Shown piece by piece: positions 1 through 7,192 of a stretch of 64,000 nt of DNA. The notes beneath the pieces are model-generated. The model made no database searches and was not told where the DNA came from. It saw nothing but the letters and a program-made list of their open reading frames with translations. This stretch comes from Syntrophales bacterium (lineage in GTDB: Bacteria > Desulfobacterota > Syntrophia > Syntrophales > UBA2210): contig CAXXWJ010000001.1 in assembly GCA_963665835.2 (NCBI GenBank), forward strand, positions 1,725,032-1,789,031, written 5' to 3'. How positions within the stretch are numbered: position 1 is the stretch's first letter; each line of letters starts with the position of its first letter. The translations under genes were made by a program, and so were the position numbers.

Positions 1-81
1 AGTCCATTTCACCTCCATAACCAGCCAATTTCAGGGCAGAGTGTACCGCCCCATGAATGTGAGGGGGTATTCCCCCGTTTC

Positions 82-1140
82 TCATGTCGGCACCACCTTC
101 GTTCCTCTCATGAGATTGAAGGCCATCTGCCGGAACATCGCATCTATGGCATTTTTGGCCAACTTGGGGAATCTGGCCCGAGAAGCGTTATTGTGAAGAT
201 GAGAAATGCCGAAATACTGTTCAACAATATAACGAACTTTCGGGATAGCCTTGTTTCGCTCTTTCTCATAGGTGGTCAGTTTTGCTGTAGTCGTGTTTTT
301 TCTCATGATGCCGTCCGCGATCTTGTTCAGGGCAAGAAATGCCCTGTTCGGTTCACCGAAGTAGCCCTTGTCGGCAAACACCTTTTTGACAGGTTCTTTC
401 GTATGACAACTGCCGGCAACACAGAACGGAAGGTAGGGGCTGTCATGGTGAGAGGCCGGAGTTATCTCCGTAGCAAGGACGAAACCATACCCGGTATCAA
501 CAGAGGCATGTTCTTTCAGACCAAAGTGGGGGACATCGTTTTTAACCGTCCAGTCGGATTCAATATCCCGGGAGTACTTAAGAGGTTTTCCATGTTTATC
601 AAGTTTGCCCTCTGGAGCTTCTCGATTTTGTTTTTCTTTTTTGAGATTCTCTTTAGTTATGGGATGGCTGGCCGACTGAACCAGGCGTGCGTCAATGGCT
701 ATGCCTTCGTTGATTGTTAGGCCCTTGGAGGCGAATTGGTTAAGGAGTTCATTATTGATCAGACGCATGGTATCTTTGGAGACTCTGCTCCTGACCCGGG
801 AAAAAGTAGAATGATCGGGCGAACGGTAATCAAAGGGAATCCCGAGGAACTTCTTGAAGGAGATACGATCATTGATCTGGGTTTCAAGTTCGGGATCGGA
901 ATCGATCTTGAACCACTGCTGAAGAAGAAGGCATTTCAGGAGTATAAGAGTAGAATAGGCGGCATTTCCTTCGGAGCTTTTCCCGACAGGATAGTTTCTC
1001 ATAATCAGGCGTTCAATTTTAGACCAGTCTGTAATAGCATTGATGGCGTCCATTCTTTCAATAGCCCGGTTATGTTCCATGGAAGAAAAGAGAGAGATAT
1101 CAGCGAAAGAGAGATTGTTTTCCAGTTTTTTGAAGCCCAT
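82..1140 (-). CDS. IS5-family (IS4/IS5 superfamily) DDE transposase
   Basis: ORF 82..1200. Start moved to Met21 (ATG at 1140, GGAGG just upstream). InsH-type N-terminus (NAAYSTLILLKCLLLQQWF, SDPELE) and DDE-type C-terminus (IDARLV, FADKGY, YIVEQYFG) as in IS5-group transposases. IS ends not located; the left end is probably outside the window. Confidence 0.85.
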   Translation of the reverse strand: MGFKKLENNLSFADISLFSSMEHNRAIERMDAINAITDWSKIERLIMRNYPVGKSSEGNAAYSTLILLKCLLLQQWFKIDSDPELETQINDRISFKKFLGIPFDYRSPDHSTFSRVRSRVSKDTMRLINNELLNQFASKGLTINEGIAIDARLVQSASHPITKENLKKEKQNREAPEGKLDKHGKPLKYSRDIESDWTVKNDVPHFGLKEHASVDTGYGFVLATEITPASHHDSPYLPFCVAGSCHTKEPVKKVFADKGYFGEPNRAFLALNKIADGIMRKNTTTAKLTTYEKERNKAIPKVRYIVEQYFGISHLHNNASRARFPKLAKNAIDAMFRQMAFNLMRGTKVVPT

Positions 1141-1604
1141 AGTTCCTCCGAGAGAATGTTTTTTAGGAAAAATTATGGCGCAATAGCAGGTAATAGTCAA
1201 GTAATATTAGTGGCATAGCTTTGAATAACGTGTTTTTAAGAAGAGATTCTGACATTACAAAAGAATAAAATTTGGTGGGTTGTGCAAAGGTCTCAAAAAG
1301 TGTTCGTCTGCTCCCGTCTCTCTGTCCAATCATGTACGCTCCCCATGGAGATTGATAGAGAAATCTTACCGCAGATAAACCATATTATCAAGTTATATTA
1401 TATGTTTATATTAAACTATCGCACCGCTTGCGTGATGCATCTCTGTTCAAACGAGATAACCTGTGATAGGATTTCTCAACAGACCCAGTTCCCCTAGATT
1501 TTAAGTTTTTCTTGTAATGTAGTATCAAACATTTTTAACGAGCATTCAACCTTTCAATCCGAAATAAATAACGATCTTTTTTCTGCTATTGGACAAATTA
1601 CCCA

Positions 1605-1620
1605 TAATATACCAACTTGG
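1605..1620. repeat. Left arm of a perfect 16-bp inverted repeat (TAATATACCAACTTGG), partner at 3073..3088
   Basis: Exact reverse complement of 3073..3088, read directly. The two arms bracket the ISNCY insertion plus ~120 bp of non-IS sequence. Confidence 0.9.
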
Positions 1621-1654
1621 CTCAAGTGGAATATTGCCACAAAATGCCAAGTGT

Positions 1655-1671
1655 CAAAAGTTCATTTTGCT
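1655..1671 (+). repeat. Left copy of the 16-17 bp direct repeat (CAAAAGTTCATTTTGC[T]) flanking the ISNCY element; putative target-site duplication
   Basis: Identical 17-mer at 2984..3000. It directly abuts both IS termini. Confidence 0.85.
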
Positions 1672-2983
1672 GTTAGCAACAAATAGATTTGTCCGGTTTT
1701 GTAGCAAATGAATTGTCCGCTTTGTACTGCTCTGAAAAGCTGCGGAAGTTGTAGGCTGGAGCAGCTTTTCAGAGGAAGTGGCGAGCGGCGGACTTACGCT
1801 GCCTTTTCCTTTCTCTTCTTGTTTTCTTTTAATTTTCCCTGTGCATCATAATCAGCCAATTTCCTCGGTCCGTGGAAAACGGACAGGGAGCCGTCTGTGT
1901 ACCGATGAACATGCACCTTTGCTCTGACATAATGGCATCTATAGAGATTTGATGGGATTTGCAGCGTTTTGCCTTCAAAGCTGACACAGTTATCGGCAGT
2001 TACTGTCCTCGGCAGCAGGTTGCATGAACTCAGCGTTGAATGCCGGCCTATAGACCTCAGCCAGATAACGGTTGGCAGCGTCCATTGTAGTGATTTTTTT
2101 CAGGGCCAGTTCTTTGGGAAGTCGACCTTGATGAGTGCTGAAGGGTCGTTCACTCCGTCCCCGTGCTTGAGGAGAGTAGGCAGCTATCATCTCAACCCCT
2201 AAATGCTTCATGGCACGACCAAACTGCGTAAGCTGCCCCTTACTTACTCTTCCACCGGTCTCAGGCGTATACCAGTAATGACTCCCACGATCGGTGTAGA
2301 GTGAACCGAACAGACCCCTTTGAAGAATCGTGTCACGCACCTCCTGAAAGCTGCTGGATGTGCCTTCTTCCTGAACAAAGAACATACTGTAGTGTTCGTT
2401 TGTCGCATCATCCATTGTAACGATCAGATCCCACTTCTTCCCCGGAACCCATTCATGGGTACTGCCGTCCTGATGCAACATCATCCCCGGCAATGGTGAA
2501 GGATCACGGCGTTTCCTGTGTGTGTCTTTCCTGGGAGCCTTGCTAACCAACCCTCTCGACTGTAGCGTGTTCTTGACCCAAGTGTAGCTTCTCCTCCCTC
2601 CGTCACGCTGGTACCATGAATAAAAATGCTTCACGTTCCAGCCCCGATACCGACCTTCATACTGCCGGGCAAGCGCCATAACTTCATCCACTGGTGCTCG
2701 ACGCGACGATGCCTGGGTTAATCGTTTGTCCAGCAATCCCTCCATACCGCTCTCCTCGTACCGATCAATGTAACGCCGGAACGTTCGGTCACATACTCCC
2801 AACATCCGCGCCGCTTCCTCCTGTGTTAATCGACCTTCCGTCCATACACCATAAGCCTCTTTAAATCGCATAATCCGGATCTCCTGTAGTATCTCTGTCC
2901 GTCTCATTGGTCACCTCCCGGTGCCTCATCCTAACCGGACAGATTACGTGCTACAACTCCGGACATATTACTTGCTCCTGACA
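1671..2983 (-). mobile_element. IS1202-like ISNCY-family insertion sequence, ~1.3 kb, internally deleted
   Basis: Imperfect terminal inverted repeats: 1671 TGTTAGCAACAAATAGATTTGTCCGGTTTTGTAGCAAATGAATTGTCCG versus the reverse complement of 2935..2983, TGTCAGGAGCAAGTAATATGTCCGGAGTTGTAGCACGTAATCTGTCCGG. Shared blocks are TGTCCGG..TTGTAGCA..TGTCCG. It encloses an rve-type transposase and is flanked by a 16-17 bp direct repeat. Confidence 0.8.
1794..2907 (-). pseudogene. ISNCY-family (HTH + rve integrase core) transposase, disrupted by an internal deletion/frameshift
   Basis: The 305-aa ORF (1990..2907) has an HTH (LTQEEAARMLGVCDRTFRRYIDRY) and a DDE core (LHQDGSTH, TMDDATN, LYTDRGSHY, ARGRSER). 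It stops at ..QPAAEDSNCR*. The family-typical C-terminus (RTVTADNCVSFEGKTLQIPSNLYRCHYVRAKVHVHRYTDGSLSVFHGPRKL..) continues in another frame down to the stop at 1794-1796. Confidence 0.75.
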
Positions 2984-3000
2984 CAAAAGTTCATTTTGCT
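2984..3000 (+). repeat. Right copy of the 16-17 bp direct repeat flanking the ISNCY element
   Basis: Identical to 1655..1671. Confidence 0.85.
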
Positions 3001-3072
3001 TGACATTTAAGCACTTTTCCCTTTGCATTCTTTTAAAAAAAGCGCGACACTCCCTGAGCAAACCGGAAAAAA

Positions 3073-3088
3073 CCAAGTTGGTATATTA
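3073..3088. repeat. Right arm of the 16-bp inverted repeat (CCAAGTTGGTATATTA)
   Basis: Exact reverse complement of 1605..1620. It is followed 3 nt later by GTTCTGC (3092..3098), then by the PHP-ATPase gene. Confidence 0.9.
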
Positions 3089-3116
3089 ATTGTTCTGCAG
3101 GGCCAAATTTAATTAA

Positions 3117-5261
3117 ATGAAAATCGACATACATTCTCATACCAAGAAATGCAAGTCAGGTGATGCACCCACAAGGGAAATTGCTCCTGATGATTTCTGC
3201 GAAACGCTTCAGTCCACTGAAGTAGGAATCATTGCGATCACCAATCATAATGTTTTCGATTTGGATCAATTTATAGAGATCGTGGACAGAATGGGTGATA
3301 ATGCCCAAGTTTGGCCGGGAGTAGAATTGGATGTCCAAGAGAATGGTGTGCGTGGACATTTGATAGTGATTGTCTCGCCCCAAGTGGCAAAAGAATTTTC
3401 CGAGAGCGTGGCTAAGATAACCGAAGGCTCCACTCCAGATAGCTTTAAGGGCACTATCGAGCAGGTTCTTGAAACATTCGATGAATTCAAGCCACTATAC
3501 GTGACACACTATAAGCAGAAGACGCCTAGCTTGTCTGATAAGGCACTTGAAAAGTTAATATCAGGGTCAGTGAATCCTGGACGAGTGATTAAGGAGGTAT
3601 CTAACGCGATTTCAGCAGGGATATACATTTCGCACGGTTACGCGTCAATCTACGGTTCCGACGTTCACGATTGGTCTACCTACGAAGAGCAAGCCAGTGG
3701 TCTGCCGGATCTCCGGCTTCCTATGGAGAGTTTTGACCATTTCTATTTACTGCTAGAGAAAGACCCAACAACTATTAATACCATATTAGACAAGAAGGTA
3801 GCAGAGGATCTTATTCTCACGCCATTTGAGGATTCCACTTTTTTAAAGCTCAAAGTTTTTAACGAAATCAACATCGTTTTTGGTCCGAAGGGAACAGGCA
3901 AATCCTGCATTCTTATGGCTATCGCAAAACATTATCGGGACTCCGGTATCGACGCAAATGTCTATGAATCGGCGAGCGACCGGCTTGATGAACTCTTTGA
4001 CACAAAAGGCCGAGATCTTTCTCTTAATCTCAATTCGCACGGAATAAATTATTGCAAAGATGAAATAGAAGCAATCAGAGAGGCATCCGAGGTCGGCGTC
4101 ACAAGCTTGTCTAAATACGAGATCTATTTTCGTATAAAATCTACAAATAAAAACGCGAAAAAAATTAAGCTCAAGGATATCGAGCCAGAAGAAGAAGGTG
4201 GCGCTAAGCGCGAATTCTTAGAATTTAATGAAGGTGTGACAAAAACGAGAGCATTCATTGAGTTCCTGCAAGAGCATCCGTCGGTAAAGAAGGAACTTAG
4301 TACGGAGGAAATCGAAGAGGTTACTCGTATTCTCTCAGGACTTCTTGAACGGATGGTTAATAGGGAGTGGGGTGGCTATTCTGGTTGGAAAGAAATCAAT
4401 TTATTGAATTCGGCCATTGAGAAATTTCGCACGGAGGTGGAACGAAAAACCGGATCGCCAGCCAAACCTATTACAACAGGATTTCGTGAGTATGCTCTTA
4501 ATCGGGTACGGATCGAAGCCAATGTCTCCGAAATCATTAAGAGTGTGGATACTAATATTCCAATACTTAAGGAGGCGGTGGGCAGTCTCGGGCCAAATAA
4601 AGGTGAATTGGAGTTACGGACGGAATTCAAATTCCAGGACGGTACAATTTCCGATGGGAGTCTCAATAAACTGAAGAATGTCAATAAAGGTCCGCAGAAA
4701 ACGTTTGCAAAGACAGTTCGGGAAATCCTCAAACATGCATATGAGGATGACCTTTTCCAGCACATAGCTGACCTCAACGTGATAGATGATGTTGAAAAAA
4801 TCGAAACCGTTTACGAACTGTTGCTCTTCAAGCGGTATTTCGCACTTAATGGACTACCTTATTCTCCATCAAGCGGCGAAGCTTCAATGGTTATGTTGCA
4901 AAAGGAACTGGAAACAGACAAGGAGGTTTACATTCTTGATGAACCGGAACGGAGCCTGGGTAACGAGTATATCAACGATGTGATCGTGCCTTTGATTAAG
5001 GAGCGTGCTCGTGCTGGAAAGAAAGTTATCATTTCGACCCATGATGCGAATATTGCAGTGCGTACACTTCCTTACAGCTCAGTATACCGCCTCCACGGAC
5101 CAGCCGGTTACACAACTTATATAGGAAACCCCTTCTCAAACAATCTAGTGAATCCGAATGATGAAGACGACTGGCTTGATTGGAAAAAGGTCAGCATGAA
5201 AACCCTTGAAGGTGGCGAAGAAGCATTTGGAGAGCGAGGAAAAATCTATGGAAACGGTTAA
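3117..5261 (+). CDS. PHP-domain phosphoesterase fused to an SMC/RecF-like ABC ATPase (Ppl-like candidate defence protein)
   Basis: 714 aa. The N-terminus has a full PHP metal-ligand series: DIHSHT, ITNHN, GVELD, RGHLIV, VTHY, GSDVHD. The ATPase part has Walker A GPKGTGKS (3882-3905), a long Lys/Glu-rich helical insert, ABC signature SPSSGEAS (4863-4886), Walker B VYILDEPE (4926-4949) and H-loop ISTHD. Confidence 0.8.
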   Translation: MKIDIHSHTKKCKSGDAPTREIAPDDFCETLQSTEVGIIAITNHNVFDLDQFIEIVDRMGDNAQVWPGVELDVQENGVRGHLIVIVSPQVAKEFSESVAKITEGSTPDSFKGTIEQVLETFDEFKPLYVTHYKQKTPSLSDKALEKLISGSVNPGRVIKEVSNAISAGIYISHGYASIYGSDVHDWSTYEEQASGLPDLRLPMESFDHFYLLLEKDPTTINTILDKKVAEDLILTPFEDSTFLKLKVFNEINIVFGPKGTGKSCILMAIAKHYRDSGIDANVYESASDRLDELFDTKGRDLSLNLNSHGINYCKDEIEAIREASEVGVTSLSKYEIYFRIKSTNKNAKKIKLKDIEPEEEGGAKREFLEFNEGVTKTRAFIEFLQEHPSVKKELSTEEIEEVTRILSGLLERMVNREWGGYSGWKEINLLNSAIEKFRTEVERKTGSPAKPITTGFREYALNRVRIEANVSEIIKSVDTNIPILKEAVGSLGPNKGELELRTEFKFQDGTISDGSLNKLKNVNKGPQKTFAKTVREILKHAYEDDLFQHIADLNVIDDVEKIETVYELLLFKRYFALNGLPYSPSSGEASMVMLQKELETDKEVYILDEPERSLGNEYINDVIVPLIKERARAGKKVIISTHDANIAVRTLPYSSVYRLHGPAGYTTYIGNPFSNNLVNPNDEDDWLDWKKVSMKTLEGGEEAFGERGKIYGNG

Positions 5262-5538
5262 AGCGACAGTTGTGGAGCTTGAAAAAAAACACTTCATCAA
5301 GATCGAATCCGGGGACGAAGAGATTAAGATCCCTATTTCTGAGGACAAACCGAATGAGGTCAAAAGTGCCTTCAATAAGCTGATCGTTAGAATCAAAGAA
5401 GGAGAGTTTGAGATTAAGTTGGAGGATATTGGCCAGGATCTGTTCTCTCAGGTAGCCTCAGAGTATGTCACTCAACTAAACCGTGAAATTCAGGAGGTAC
5501 GTGGCGAAATGGAGGACTATGGCTTGGTGGAAGATTAA
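5248..5538 (+). CDS. Small acidic hypothetical protein (96 aa), translationally coupled to the PHP-ATPase
   Basis: ATG at 5248 is preceded by GGAGAGCGAGGA and lies 14 nt inside the end of the upstream gene. Glu/Asp/Lys-rich, no TM segment, no motif recognised. The longer track ORF starts at 5206. Confidence 0.55.
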   Translation: METVKATVVELEKKHFIKIESGDEEIKIPISEDKPNEVKSAFNKLIVRIKEGEFEIKLEDIGQDLFSQVASEYVTQLNREIQEVRGEMEDYGLVED

Positions 5539-5599
5539 ATCCGCTCTCTAAAATTACTACTAGATACCGCCTGTCAATTAACAAAAATGAACAGCAATT

Positions 5600-5691
5600 G
5601 CAGAAGCAGGCGGTTCACTTGACGCCGTGGAGTGCGGCGGCGCTGACGCGGCAAGGTTTGGTGGCGGCGCAAGTGACTTTGGTCGTTAACC
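5600..5691 (+). repeat. attC-like site A (degenerate R'' box)
   Basis: R''-position box GCAGAAG (5600-5606), then a 6-nt spacer. L'' GTTCACTTGACGC (5613-5625) pairs with L' GCGCAAGTGAC (5667-5677), leaving two extrahelical bases. A 7-nt spacer precedes R' GTTAACC (5685-5691). The conserved AAC reads AAG. Confidence 0.6.
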
Positions 5692-5735
5692 CAATTATGC
5701 CAATTATTAATGAAATTATAAAAACTACTGTTGCT

Positions 5736-6110
5736 ATGAAAAAAAGGCTCTTATCCTGGTGGCTTGCCAACGTGCCTATTAGTTTTATTCTTTATTTTTT
5801 TTCATCAATATTATTTTATGAATTCTATCGGATTGGCATCGTAGCAGACCCGAAAGAGGTAGAAATGTACTATTTCGGCGGCGAAGCAATGATTGGACGT
5901 GGGGGGTGGAAATATGCTTCAGCAGGCGCTTACTCCTTATCTACTTTTGTTGGGTCCTTTTTATATTTATTAGCAGCTACAGGCTTTTTAGTTGCATATA
6001 AAAAACGGTCAAAATTATTTGTTGGCCTTGCAATTAGTATTTTACTAATGTCGTACTGTTCAGAAAAGTTGTTGAACTTGTGGTTCAAATATAAATATGG
6101 CCTTGGTTAA
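5736..6110 (+). CDS. Cassette-encoded small membrane protein (124 aa, ~4 predicted TM helices), unknown function
   Basis: Track ORF 5598..6110 reads through attC A, so the start was moved to MKKRLLSWW (5736; 5697 is also possible). Hydrophobic segments are visible. The stop TAA lies inside R'' GGTTAAC of attC B. Confidence 0.55.
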   Translation: MKKRLLSWWLANVPISFILYFFSSILFYEFYRIGIVADPKEVEMYYFGGEAMIGRGGWKYASAGAYSLSTFVGSFLYLLAATGFLVAYKKRSKLFVGLAISILLMSYCSEKLLNLWFKYKYGLG

Positions 6111-6170
6111 CCCGGCGCTAAAGCTGATAGCAGCCACAGGGGATGCTCCGCCTTAGCTGTAACGTTAGCG
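6105..6170 (+). repeat. attC-like site B (66 bp, canonical layout)
   Basis: Layout in order: R'' GGTTAAC, 5-nt spacer CCGGC, L'' GCTAAAG, central region, L' CTTAGC (one unpaired base relative to L''), 6-nt spacer TGTAAC, R' GTTAGCG (6164-6170). Confidence 0.75.
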
Positions 6171-6193
6171 ATCCAGTATAGGGAGGTGCCAAA

Positions 6194-6460
6194 ATGAAAC
6201 TAAATGTCAGAGCGTTTTCACTTACCTGCGGAATAGTTTGGGGCGTTGTTGTTTTTTTGTTGACCTGGTGGATAATCGCTTTTGATGGAGCAACTGGTGA
6301 TCCTACTTTCATTGGACGTCTGTATCGGGGGTTTACTATATCTCCAGTCGGCAGTTTCATTGGATTTATCTGGGCGTTTGTGGATGGTTTGATAGTAGGG
6401 GCAATTTTCGCTTGGTTCTATAATCTAATATCTAATCGCTTTTGGAAGACAGAATCATAA
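6194..6460 (+). CDS. Cassette-encoded small membrane protein (88 aa, 2 TM), unknown function
   Basis: GGGAGG sits 7 nt before the ATG. Two hydrophobic helices (GIVWGVVVFLLTWWIIAF and FIGFIWAFVDGLIVGAIFAWFY). It lies between attC B and attC C. Confidence 0.65.
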   Translation: MKLNVRAFSLTCGIVWGVVVFLLTWWIIAFDGATGDPTFIGRLYRGFTISPVGSFIGFIWAFVDGLIVGAIFAWFYNLISNRFWKTES

Positions 6461-6469
6461 ATCAGTTTC

Positions 6470-6552
6470 GGCTAACCATCCGGGAGCGGCTTTACGCATA
6501 AGTTTTTGGTTCGCGAACTGCCGAGAGCTGCGCCTCACCCAGAACGTTATGA
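6470..6552 (+). repeat. attC-like site C (83 bp)
   Basis: R'' GGCTAAC (6470-6476), 5-nt spacer, GGGAGCGGC pairing with GCGCCTCACCC (with bulges), then R' GTTATGA (6546-6552). Confidence 0.7.
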
Positions 6553-6568
6553 GCAAGGACGAAAACCA

Positions 6569-6914
6569 ATGGCATTTAGAGATGTTGAACTTCAGAAAGC
6601 AAAAAAGATAGTAGGCAGACTTTGTTAAGAAAAAAACGCCAACCGAACTTAAGGATCAATTGCTGGTTCAATATGAAATAGAAAAGCAAAACATCATTGT
6701 TTATGAGGTGTGTCCTGCTTGGAAAAATCCAACTGAATTCGCCAGAATGCCGTTGGCTAATTTGACTTATGTGAAAAGCTAAAATATATGGAAAATGTAT
6801 TGGAAAAGGGCAAATGGAACATGGGTTATATATGGGCCCAAAGGTACATCGAAGGATTTAGGGATTCTTGTGAAGGAAATTGAAAAATATGCTTATGGCT
6901 GCTTCTTTGGATAA
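6569..6914 (+). pseudogene. DUF3024-like cassette gene, inactivated
   Basis: Reads MAFRDVELQKAKKIVGRLC*, then shifts frame in an A-run to ..KTPTELKDQLLVQYEIEKQNIIVYEVCPAWKNPTEFARMPLANLTYVKS*NIWKMYWKRANGTWVIYGPKG..YAYGCFFG*. The pattern resembles the DUF3024 family common in integron cassettes (from memory). There are two premature stops plus one frameshift. Confidence 0.6.
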
Positions 6915-6921
6915 AATGGAC

Positions 6922-6981
6922 TCATAACACGTCACTAGTGCGGATGCGATATGGCCGCACCGCTTTTCGCTGACGTTGAAC
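6922..6981 (+). repeat. attC-like site D (60 bp)
   Basis: R'' TCATAAC (6922-6928). Stems ACGTCA/TGACGT and GTGCGG/CCGCAC. R' GTTGAAC (6975-6981), which fits GTTRRRY. Confidence 0.7.
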
Positions 6982-7192
6982 AGGAAAATATATGAAAGGT
7001 TGACTTACATCAGGCTGAGATAGTTAATAAATTAGGGTTAATTTTTCGAAACTTGCTAAAGGGCATTTCATTTTTAACGGACATTCTTGCTAAGGGCAAT
7101 AAGACAACCCAACCAGAGAAGTGGCGCGTATTACTCAATGAATGCTGGAAATGCAACGCTTAATCCTTCAAAATAATTTTGGAATCACTGAA

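Larger units (their letters stand above)
5600..6981 (+). mobile_element. Integron-type gene-cassette array (attC A-D, three complete cassettes), no intI/attI in window
   Basis: Chained complementarity of consecutive boxes: GTTAACC->GGTTAAC (7/7), GTTAGCG->GGCTAAC (6/7), GTTATGA->TCATAAC (7/7). There is one co-oriented ORF per unit, and stop codons lie in or next to the R'' boxes. Confidence 0.75.

Noticed and set aside
193-1218. Two plus-strand ORFs (175 aa and 160 aa) covering the same DNA as the IS5 transposase.
   Set aside because: They are antisense shadows of a well-supported transposase ORF. They have no motifs or ribosome-binding sites, and their composition is typical of reverse-frame reading.
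1544-1550. ATTCAAC fits RYYYAAC perfectly and lies upstream of the 16-bp inverted repeat. It might be the R'' box of the attC preceding the PHP cassette.
   Set aside because: The adjacent sequence does not pair with the sequence next to GTTCTGC (3092). The implied site would also exceed 220 bp after IS removal, outside the usual attC size range.
5598-5735. The long form of the 170-aa ORF, starting at 5598.
   Set aside because: Its first 46 codons (..AVHLTPWSAAALTRQGLVAAQVTLVV..) are simply a reading through the GC-rich attC A hairpin. The start was moved to Met 5736 (or 5697).
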